DNA of 64,000 bases. Origin: Paecilomyces variotii (Eukaryota). The stretch is taken from the NCBI GenBank assembly GCA_004022145.1, contig RCNU01000001.1; one strand, written 5' to 3'. A model generated the notes under the pieces. It was not told the origin of the DNA. It searched no databases and saw only the letters and a list, made by a program, of their open reading frames with translations. This document shows, piece by piece, positions 53,155-64,000 of the stretch. A program made the translations under genes and the position numbers. The stretch's first letter is position 1. Each line of letters starts with the position of its first letter.

Positions 53155-54080
53155 ACCAGCTACTTGATCAAAGCCGGACAAGCGAGAGCGACTGCATGGG
53201 ATGGACGTGGGTTGATTTGAAGTCGTACAGTTAGGTAGGACATGCGATCAGAGACTGACTGAGCAACTTCCGGGGTCGGTAATAATCATCATGCACCAGC
53301 ACAGCACTTGGAGGCGTAGCAAAGTAAAGTGGAACCCGGCGAGTTTTCTTTTTTTACACTAGAAACGGCCTAGAATCCTGACGACGGGGACAGAATATTA
53401 AATAATAATTCGCGGCATCTCCAGCATCGCCAGCAGCAATTAATACTCTAACCAACAGTGAGTCTAGCCGCCTAAATTCGAATTGCGCCCTTATACCTAT
53501 GTGAGTCGAGAAAACGCATAACGGAACCCAACAAAGACGACTTCATCCGATCAGTAACATCTTAAAACTGCACAGATCGAATGGAAACACGCAACAGGGC
53601 CTTGAGATGAGATGAGATGAGATGAGAACAAAAAGATCAATAGCCTAAGTTAACTATATATGGTATATGATATCAGGTAAAACCTCGTATTTCTACATGT
53701 TCCCCGAGTCCCGCCGTTATCTTATCTGGTTCCACAGACTCACTTGTAGAGAAGACAACGATGTAACTAACTTAACTAATTAGTTATTAGTTAGTTAGCA
53801 ACATCGGCCGTCCCGACCGGGAAATATTTGCGGTATAGATAATCCACGTCTTGGAGAGGCGGGGTTAATTGTACAGTGGTTACTTGGCACTGATAATAGC
53901 CATTCTCTATATTACTCTTGTTGCTATCTCTTGTTCCTATCTGAGATTCTTCCCATTTCTCTCCTCCCGGAAAAACAACCTCCATTCATTTTAATTTAAC
54001 GAAAGACAGACAGACAGACCCCGCCATCTGAACACACCCCCGCAGAGCTCGACAGCACCGCAATTCCACCATACCCAACC

Positions 54081-55676
54081 ATGTCAGGAGTGACCAATTA
54101 TCCCAATGCCTCGATTGAGGATCTCAGGACACAGTTTGTGGGAAAGCTGCTGGAGGAAATCGAGCCTCCTGCTGCAGTCATAGATGTGGCAGTGGCACGA
54201 CGAAACTGTCAGCTTATGCTCGATGCGGCAGAGGCATTAGGCGTGCATTTTCGAAGCCATGTGAAGACTCATAAAGTGAGTTTTATCTGAATGTATCCGT
54301 TGACTGTTTTGATATATCCCCCCCGGGTAAAGAAACCAGCGTTGGATCATGATTCTGGTTACAGATACCATCAGTAAGTCTGCGTATGCTGATACTAACC
54401 TCTCCCAGACAACGGAGCTTACTCGACTACAAGTGGGAGAGAAATCAGAGACGGTGCGTCTGGTGGTGTCGACTTTGGCCGAGGCAGAGCAACTGCGTCC
54501 ATTCCTTGAAGAATGCAAGAACAAGGGCCGACCAGCCGATGTAAATGACAAACAATCCATTGACAAGCAAAAAAAAAAAAATCATCCAGTCTAACGGTTG
54601 TATAGTTGATCTATGGAGTCCCTGTGCGGCCCTCTTCCTTCGAGAGACTGGCCACGCTGGGAAAGGCTCTCGGAGCGAACAGCATCACTGTCATTATCGA
54701 CAGTGTCGACATTCTCCCGTATCTTGACCGATACCATGAACTCACGGGATATTCGCTTGGTGTCTTCATCAAACTGGATACCGGCTACAATCGCGCTGGA
54801 CTCTCGCCCGAGTCCCCGCAGCTGGAAACCCTGCTGAAGGCCGTACAGGCCAAGGAGACAGAGAGCCCATCGCGTATTTTCCTTCGGGGTTTCTACAGTC
54901 ATATGGGCAGCAGCTACGGTTCGGATACCACTTCAGAGGCTCTCGACTATCTGGCAAAAGAGATCGAGCGGTGCGAGACGGCTACTCAACAGGCTGCAAA
55001 GATATATTCCCAAGACTCATCCAAGCGATTTACGATCTCAGTCGGTGCCACACCGACAGCGACTACTGCACAGAACCTCGTCTCTCCCGAAGCGGCGACT
55101 CCTGCAGTAATTAGAACCAAAGAACTAATTAACAAGGTCAAAGAGTCTCACGACGTGGAACTCCATGCTGGCGCGTACGTCACACTTGATCTGCAACAGC
55201 TCGCTGCGCACGCGCGACCATCGACCTCGAACCTTTCATTCGACGACATCGCCCTGAGGATTCTAGCAGAAGTAGCCAGTCTGTACCCGCATCGCGCTCG
55301 CTACGAGGCCCTGATCGCATGTGGCTCGCTCTGTCTGGGTCGGGAACCATGCAGAAGCTACCCTGGATGGGGAGTGATAACTCCCTGGACGCACACAGAC
55401 CAAGAGACAAGACAATTGTCTTCATGGTACGAACCGGAAGGAAACAAGACCGGATGGATCGTCAACCGTGTGAGTCAGGAGCATGGTATCCTGTCTTGGG
55501 AAGGTCCAAAAGATAACATGCGGCCTTTGAAAGTAGGCGAAAAGCTCCTCATCTGGCCTAATCACTGCTGCATTGCAGCGGCCGGCTTTGGCTTTTTCCT
55601 CGTGGTGGACTCGGAGAAGCCGGGAGTTGAGAAAGATAGGATTGTTGATATCTATCCTCGTTGGAGGGGTTGGTGA
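54081..55676 (+). CDS. DSD1: D-serine dehydratase (PLP fold type III, Zn-dependent), 3 exons
   Basis: FRSHVKTHK|T PLP-lysine motif, KLDTGYNRAG, YSHMGSSY, ISVGATPT, ELHAGAY, SQEHG, WPNHCC. Confidence 0.9.
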
Positions 55677-55824
55677 AATAAAAGAAAAGATATCTGCATA
55701 TGGGAATCATTATCATAGGATTTTTCGAAGTTAACGAGAATCATTCCTATATGACGAGAGTATATACCCCCCACACCCTGGCCTCATAACCTATATACAA
55801 AAGTCTCCCCCACCACCTTCAAAT

Positions 55825-57212
55825 TCACTTAACCCTAACAACAACCTTCCCAAAATGCCCACCACTATACAAAAACTTCAACGCCTCCTTCCCCTCCTCA
55901 AATCCAAACACCCGATTCACAACGGGTCGAATCTGATGCTTCTCATAAAACGACAACATTTCCTCGAACCGATCTTTCGGCCCATTAATAATCCCCTTCA
56001 GCGTGACGGTCCTTCGAAGCGCGAGGAGGTTGACATTCGTCCTATCTCCTGGCTCGTCTTGCTTGCCGGATAAGTAGCCGATAGAGTTAATGAGACCGCC
56101 CCATGCGATACAGTCGAAGGATTTACGGAGCGTGCCCGCCCCGCCGGTCTCGAGGATGATGTCGGCGCCATTGTCGGAGGTGAGGTTCATGACTTCGTTC
56201 TCCCAGTCGGGTTGGGTACGGTAGTTGATTGTGTAGTCGGCGCCGAGGGATTTGGCTTGTGAGAGCTTGGAGTCGGAGGAGGAGAGGATTATTACTATTT
56301 CCCCCCCTCCGTCGTCTTTTTGTTAGAGTTGTTTCTTAAGAAAAACAGAAAAGAAAAAAAGAGAGAGAAAAAGAAGATTAACACACCTTTCGCACCACTC
56401 GCCTTTGCAATCTGCAATCCAGCAATCGCCACCCCTCCCGTACCCTGCAACAGCACAATCTCTCCCTCTCCACCACTCTTCCCCATAGGCCTCATGCCAT
56501 TGATCGACATCCACGCCGTAACAGCCGCAATCGGCAACGTACTCGCCTCCTCGTCAGTCAGATACTCGGGCGCTTTCACGAGGCCGTATTCCGGAAAGAC
56601 ACGATGCGTAGTCAACACGCCAGGCAACGGGAATCCCAGACCGTACGGCATGTGCTTGGAGGTGATCTGGCCGGATAGATGGGTCTGGTTGAAGGTGGAA
56701 AGGACCCGGTCCCCGACTTTCCAGGCTGAGACGCCCGGTCCGATGGCGGTGATGATGCCGCACATGTCGGAGCAGGGGACGACGGTGGGTTTGTCCTTGA
56801 TGTCGCGGTGGTGGTTGTATAGGCCCATTGAGACTGTGGAGAGTGGTTAAGCGTGTTTTCTGTATTATATCAAGACAAGAAATGCCATGCTGCAGGATAT
56901 AAAGAACGTTGTCAAAAAAATAAAAATAATAATAATCAAATATTATTCCTCTCCAACTTGTAACATGCCCAAGTAGTACTCCAAACATTCAATTGTAATG
57001 CTTATCAAGCGGCATCCCAGAGGAAAGAAAGAATCGGAACAAACACGAAGAAAAGCAAGCTACCAACCTTCAGTATCCCGATAATTGAGCGAAACAGCAT
57101 GGATCTCTACCAGAACCTCCTTGTCTCCTGGAACGGGCATATCTGCCTCAGTCATTCGTAGATTGTCCAGTCCATCCTGGGCGGTCACCCACTGCTTGAT
57201 CGTGGTGGGCAT
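55825..57212 (-). CDS. MDR family oxidoreductase (zinc-type ADH-like / quinone reductase), 3 exons
   Basis: [44 protein letters not shown]. Confidence 0.9.
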
Positions 57213-57724
57213 GATGATACGCGGATGGTTAACGTCTCCTTAACTCTATCGGTAGGCTGGATCTGCCGGATCAAAGTGGTATATATGCGGAAGCAAAAGG
57301 TCTATATTGGTTCAATTGCAAGTCAATATCGCTCAGATGTATGGTAGGAGCATGGAGCGTCCCTGCACAAGCAGTCTACGTCAAGAAAATGAAAAGCATA
57401 GCCCCACTTCGGATAGAGTAATCGGATAAGCAGCGCAGAGGATGCCTGGATGTTTTACGACGTCGACTACAATACTACGCGCTTATTCTCACATTGCATA
57501 GAAAATCTTTCACTTCACTTCCACAGGGATTACGGGGATCCATGATTGATTATAATTTCAGTAGCACATCACGACATCCCAAATCACTATCTCTGTGGCC
57601 ACTAGCAATACCATTATATATTAATTCAGCCAGACTCGACCGAGGCCTGAGAAAGCCAAAATAAGACCAGGAATCAAGGACCAGAAACAAAGGTTGATAA
57701 TTCACCGATGAGACGCCAGCGCTT

Positions 57725-60700
57725 CTATTCGCTAGCATTTGCCTCAGCCGCCGACTCTTTCTTCTCGTCATCCGCAGTTGTAACGGACTCCTTCGTCTCA
57801 GCATCCGGGACTGCGTCAGTAGATGACTTGCCTTCAATGGAAGTCTCAGCAAGAGCGGCAGAAGCCGCTTCAGCCTCGTCTCGGTGTATTGACGGCTCCA
57901 CGGCCGGTTCGGTTGAAGCAGCAGCAACCTCCTCACTCGAAGCGGGAGAAACACTAGTCTCCCCTACCAGAGGTAGATTTGGCTCAATTGGTTTCGAGAC
58001 ATCAGTGTATACCGGTACTCGGTTGCTTGAAGTGACTTCAGGTTCGCGTTGGGCCTTTTCTGGAGTCTCCTTCACCTCTCCCGCTCCAGGATCCGCTGGT
58101 TCTCCCGCCGTGTTTCTTGCAATGGGCGGTGCCATCGTTGTATCGGCGGACTCCGAGGCATCAGGAGCTTTGGATGGAGTCTCCTCAGTCTTCTCTGCCT
58201 CGGGTTGACCCACAACCAGATTTCCGCTGTCGTCGGTTTGCCACACATTCCAAGCTGTAGTAATTCTAATTTCCGGTATTGAGGGCAACTTATTCTCTGT
58301 GCTGGCAGCTGCGGCCGGCTTCCTCCTTGCTGGCCCGCGGGCTCTTCCTTTCCGTGCGTCACTCAGAGGTCCTTTTGGAGCGGGAGCTTCCTCGTCCTTC
58401 TTTTCCTGAGGCTTTGGTGGCAGTTGCGGCCCTAATTGAAGGCGCGAGTTCAGGTCTGACAGGAAACCTGCCTTGAGTGCAGCAATCTTGCCTCCCACAG
58501 GTCGAGCCGGGATGGCGGGCTTGGCCTTTGGTACGGGCTGGGCACCGTTTTTAGACTCTTCAGTACTTCCATTAGAGCCGTTAGAGCCGGCGGAAGTCAC
58601 CTTGGTCAGAGAGTCAGATGATCCTCGTGCAAGAGGTCTTGCAGGCCGAGCTGGAATCTGTGGCTTAGGTTTGTCGGGGATGGCCGGGGGCTTTCGCGAC
58701 AAGTCGACTGAGGGGGCCTGTTGCGGACGCTTCTGTGGACGCGGCGGGATGGACGGCTTAGACGAGACATCTGCTTCCTCTTCTTCGTGAGGCTCTATCG
58801 TCGCCACAAGTTGCTGGCTATCAGGCGCGTCTTCCCAGATATCCTGGCTGGGGAAACGTTGCTTGACCATAGCCGGTCGTGTGGCGGGGCTTTCGTGGCC
58901 TTTCTCCAAGATATGCGATGCCACCTTGTGGGAGTCAATCTGTTCCGTTTGCTCCTTCCGAGCAGCCTCTTGCTCGGGGGTCTCAAAGGTGCTGGGTGAT
59001 TCCTCCTTAGGAAGATCAGGAGTCGATACCGTTGCAGATAATTGCAGGCTGTTGGGTGTGTCCTCCCAGATATCTTCACTAGGAAACCTATGCTTCGAGA
59101 CATCTGGACGGCGCTTGAAGCGGTCAGCAGTGGAAAGTGGTCTCTCTTGCTTGCTATCTTCTTCCGGGAAAAGCGGCTCGTACTCATCGACATCCTCGAG
59201 AGGAGTCGAAACATCTTCACGGTCATAAGAGTTAAATCTGGAGAGACCGGGAATGGCACCGTGGAGGCTGGTTGGTCTGCTTCCCGGTCTGCTTCCGGGT
59301 CTGCTGTTCGAGGCGCTAGGAGTCCGACTTCTCTCAATCTCTGCACTTCCCCTCCTATCAACCGTGGGGGAAACGGCAGGATGCAAAAATGCGGAGTCCG
59401 GGCGAATTTCGTCCGCAGCAAGGATGGGCTCATCGTACTCCTGATCCTCGCCTAGAGGAGTGCGACTTCGGTCCTCTGGGACGGGAGTGTGGGAATAACC
59501 ATCCGGGTGGTGCAGTTGATGATGCAGGTCATCGACATGGATGACACCGGCTTCACTGCTGGCTCTCGAGTGCGTACTGTCCTTCCGCTGCGAGGACTCT
59601 GCATCGGACGGAGGCAGGCTCATATCCCGTAGACCGGATTTGACAGAAGGCTGAGAGTCCCGCTGAGCTAGCGGCGGCGGGGATGCCAGGCGGGAGGTAT
59701 ATTCGTCTGTTGCAATGTACCCCAACTCTTCCTCTGGGGTTCCGGTTACTGCAGGGGAAGTGCCTAGGAGCGGTCAGTTCGCGTCCCAAAGATGGCGAGT
59801 CGTCAGTATGTGTATGTATGTATGTACTTACCAAGACCAGATCCCCTGACCGCGGAGCCGCGCACAATCTTATTCAAGTCGTCACTGCTCAGCGCCCAAT
59901 CCGGACGCGGCTCCCCAATGCCGGGACCGTACTGGCCCTGCTCTTCACGAGCCAACTCGTCCGGGTGCTTCTCATACCAGGCTTTCTCGAACTTATCACT
60001 TGGCGGCATGCCATGGCCGTGAAGGCCATAGCTTCCCGGCGGTGCGGAGAGCTCTCGGCCACTCTTGGTGCGTTGGTGGTTGCGGCCCGTACGTAGGGAA
60101 CCACCAGACCCTACAGAAACGGCTGATCCTTGGCCAGCAGGGTAAATATATGGGCTTGGGGATGGTGCCTGCACATCACCCGCGTTGGGATACATCGGGA
60201 CCCTCTGCCCGATTTCTGGGATGCCCTGTTCATCCGTGACAGAGGAGCGACGTTCTGTCCCGTTGGATGCTGTCGATTGTGCGCGAGAACCGCTATTCTT
60301 TGAATATAGAGAACGGGGACGGCGATCTGAGTCGTCGTCAGACCTGCCAAAACCCGCTGCAGCAGCCTGCTGAGAATCGGTGCGAGTGACAGCCTGGACC
60401 TTGGCCTTGGCGCTAGACGTGGGCAAGGAGGGCTTGGGAGCATGCAGCTTGAGATCACTGCCGACGTTCCTCGTCTCCATCGCCGCCTGATGTTGCTGCT
60501 CTGCGGCCAGGTTATCCAACTCCGCATACTCAATGCCCTCCTGGCCAAGGGACGGTATTGTCACGCTCGGGGGACGATGAGAGTGGTCGCTTCCGACGCG
60601 ACTCATGTTCGGCCCGTTGGGCATCTCGTTCAACGGTGAGGGAGCATAGCTATCTCGCGCGGGGGAAACGGATCGTTCGACGCGCCGATTTACGGGACGC

Positions 60701-60798
60701 GGTGGAATCTTTGGTATATTGGAGGTGGCAGAGATGGCATGAGCATTTGGTGACTTTGACGGTCGAGGCGGGATTACCGGTGCCGTTTGTGTAGTCAT
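57725..60798 (-). CDS. AIM21: Altered inheritance of mitochondria protein 21 (Aim21/DUF3210), capping-protein regulator, 2 exons (intron ~59764-59831)
   Basis: GIPEIGQRVPMYPNAGDVQAPSP, GSYGLHGHG, WALSSDDLNKIV, PxxP-rich tracts, and a CPI-like motif PLSDARKGRARGP. Confidence 0.85.
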
Positions 60799-63700
60799 GA
60801 TGGCGGTATATGAGGTCGATTATGAACGGTACTGGACCGTCAATAGCAAGGGGGAAAAGAGAAAAAACGCTATGGACAAGTATATATTAGTCACTTGAAC
60901 GAGGGCTGATGTCAATCGAACTTTGGCATTCAGCTGCTCCTCTTAGCTCCCCCCAGCAGGCTGGGGAGCCCGGATGTCGTCTCAAGGGTTGCTATAGCAT
61001 GCTAGATCTACCATGCTTTCCTCGTCATCCCCGGCTTCTTGTTCGAATCCAATTGAAGGAACCCAACTTTTGATCTCACCTCCACTGTGATACGGTTGGT
61101 TGAGAATAAATATTCTGCCATGTACAAGTCACGACAGGGCATCTTGCACCATGCAGGCAACGTGGGTTGGGCTAGGCGCAGGCAATGACCAACGGACAAT
61201 GCAGGAGCCGCGCCAGCACTGTGCAAGGGCAGTTCTACTGCAGCACGGAGTCGACCGCCTTTGAGAACATCCCAGATCACCATGAAAGGGATTTGGAGAA
61301 ACCCAGGGAATGCGAGCGTTCATATGGGACGGCCATGCCAAGGAGGAGCAGATAACACAAAGCAGACTCATTTGCTTACCTGGTCAACGGATGGTATTAC
61401 AGTGGTAGTGGTAGGACCAGTAGGTAGAGCTACAATCACAAGCTCGAAGTGGACGTCAATTGGCCACGAGGACTCTTAGAAATGTGATGTTTTCCGAGGG
61501 GAAGAGGGAGGGGATGGTAAGAAAGCGGAAATGGAGAGTGATGATTATAGATAAGGGAGGTGCAACTTCTTGTACGGAGTAGGCGGTGACTTGAAACCAA
61601 GTAGCAGCAGCAGCAGCCGGATAGAAATATGATGTGACGGGGTTGTGGCTGTGGCAGTAAGCCCTGGTGCCCTTTGACCGCCTGCCGTCGGGCTGTTGCC
61701 ACGGCCCACTGCGGGCACTTGCTTGACGCTCTCTGACGCACCTCCGCAGCGCCGGGGGGAAGCCAACAAGAGGCCCGCCGTGGCATTAGCCGATTACCGT
61801 TGGCGTCCGGCCCATTGGCCCGCTGAAGTCATGATTGAGATTCTATCGAGCATTCTAGAGTACAACTGAACTATTGTCGACTTCCAGCGGTGACAACTTT
61901 TGAGCGAGCCTTTTTTTTCTCTCACTGCGACATTTATCTCATCGTATCGATCTTTTTGCTTTCTTTCTTTTCTACTCCATCATACACCCGTGGAGAAAAG
62001 GACACACTGGAGACGCTGCATCAAATCACGCAGCTCAATCCGGACGGGCCTGCTCGAATGAAAATCCTCTGTTGTTCATAAGGTTTACCTCCTGCACCGG
62101 ACCCCTTTTTATCAGTCCTCACCACTGGGGCAACGTAGCCCGATTGAGTATCTATTCTGTCAGTCCAGACCATGGCCGAGATGATGGCAGATGAAGCTGC
62201 ACAGCCGGTCTTCACGTGGCCGTTCGATATCGTGACAACTGTTCGAGACTCTACATTTTTTAGGGATCCTTACAGTTGGCGCGCGCACTTTGTACCGCCA
62301 TGTTCCTGCTGATATGAGCCAGTCAGTAACTAATGCTAGCTAGCTAGGGATGGGGTATGTCTCGCTGGCGGTCAAGTTTGACCGGCATTAGCATTATTGT
62401 TAGGGACCTCCGCATGCGAACTTTCTATGTGTATCGAGAATTGGAGATACTTACCTGTTCCTTGAGGCATTCTTCTCTCACTGCTCAGCCCCCTTCCGGA
62501 TCGTTTTTTCTTTTTTCTTCCTCATCAGCTGCTCCTTATCCGCCACGCCCTAAAAAAGAGGAAACGCGAGCAATGAATCTGGTGGGCTCGAACCATCTTA
62601 CAGAAAGAGTCACATCATCGATCTTCCCCACAGGAATGGCCTCCACCAACCAACCGCCGGCAGTAAGCTCTCCCTCTGCAATTCTGCGACAGTAACCGCC
62701 AGTGGTGGATCACTGAGCATTATGGTACTTACCATAGAACGGGCTGGGGCTTTAACACCCATTATTGCCTCAGACCGTTGAACTTGTTTCGCAGCAGATT
62801 CTTGTTTTTCCTTTTACTCGGCTACAGTATGATTCCACAAATCCGCCCGAACTTGAGAATCTCACAAACAGTAACGGATTTGTCCGAAAGGATCTTGAAA
62901 TTAACTCGTACAGGATAGACAGGGGAACAGTTCCGCCGATTCCACTTCAATATTGCACGCATCTCTCCACAAGGCAATTGAGTGGAGTTCTCTCCTCACT
63001 GGATAGTCAAAGTATCACTCGATATTCTAGATACATCCCAACAATTACATACTGACACTCTCAGCAACTACCACGTCACAAGACTGTCCAAGAGGCCAAA
63101 ACTTGAAAAAAAGAGCGTCCCCTTGTACCAATTACGTGGGAGATATCACCACTAGAAATATGCCCCGCGATAATAGGTTCCGCGGCGGCGTTGAACAAAG
63201 CACACCAGCCTCAACCCCGCATTTTTACATCTGCAGCTTGTGGATGAAGTCCAAGCCATATAAACTGATACTACATTATCAAAACCCAGCACTAGTATTC
63301 ACCAATTGAATCACTATACCCCCTCACTTCTAAAACGATATTCCCGAGCGCAAAAAAGCCCCCCCCTTCCCCAAACATATCAAATCCATGTCAGGTACAC
63401 ATACACATCCCGATCGAGTAGTATCTCACGCGTCCTAATCACCAGATCTCGTCGTCACTAATACCAACAATCCAACAGCAATCTCGTATCGATCAATATT
63501 ACCCCTCATCGTCCAATCCTCTTCCGTGGACAATGCCCAAGATCTATCACCACGTAATAACACATGTATACCTACTACTGTACTTACTATGGTACATACT
63601 TACCCCGCAGGAACCACCTGACATCGAGTCTTAGCCTACGTCAGTTTTTCCCGAAGAAACTACTACTATAAACTAACCCTGGTTTTACATATTCCGACTT

Positions 63701-64000
63701 GGTTATTCTTGGATGACTGCGCCTCATGATGAAATAATAATACTCTACTCGTTCCTAGTCGTTATGGTGTTAGAGCGGTATATTGCCCGTCATGTAAGTA
63801 CATAAGTAGTAGTTAATTACGAGAGTTCCCAATTTAACACGACGCAATGCGAAGAATACTTTTCAGCATACATTATATAAAATAAAATAACTTTTTCAAA
63901 CAGAAACAATACAGTCATAACATTTCCAATAAGACAAAAAAAAGAAGAAATAAAGGGGAAAGGAAAGAACCCCCCCCCCCATCTTCTCATGGTTTAGACT

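Noticed and set aside
53764..53800. TAAC/GTTA imperfect palindrome, and nearby (GAGAT)n at ~53604-53625
   Set aside because: Simple low-complexity repeats with no sign of being transposon ends.
60800..64000. Short ORFs at the right end of the window
   Set aside because: No recognisable coding signal; appears intergenic/regulatory.

Overview
Intron-rich fungal genomic DNA, most likely a Eurotiales ascomycete (Aspergillus/Paecilomyces-like; inferred from gene content and GT..CTRAC..YAG introns). The window holds about 20 protein-coding genes and one tRNA-Glu(UUC). The flanks carry housekeeping and metabolic genes: lysophospholipase, 2OG-Fe(II) oxygenase, Hcs1/IGHMBP2 helicase, GPI11, a RhoGAP, TIM9, formaldehyde dehydrogenase, an SDR and an SGNH esterase on the left; an MFS permease, an alkenal reductase, D-serine dehydratase, an MDR oxidoreductase and AIM21 on the right. 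Between them is a gene-sparse, accessory-looking interval (~30.4-46.7 kb). It encodes a Kex2-processed repeat propeptide, an orphan small secreted protein, and a compact candidate biosynthetic cluster with no NRPS/PKS. That cluster is a GliC-type P450, a divergent O-methyltransferase and a spliced ~640+ aa unknown protein whose motifs resemble fungal tRNA-dependent cyclodipeptide synthases (RCDPS, AnkA/AvaA type). Other highlights are an exact 294-bp tandem duplication in the formaldehyde dehydrogenase promoter and a highly structured intron in the helicase gene. Gene models were spliced by eye, and family assignments come from motif recognition, not database searches.
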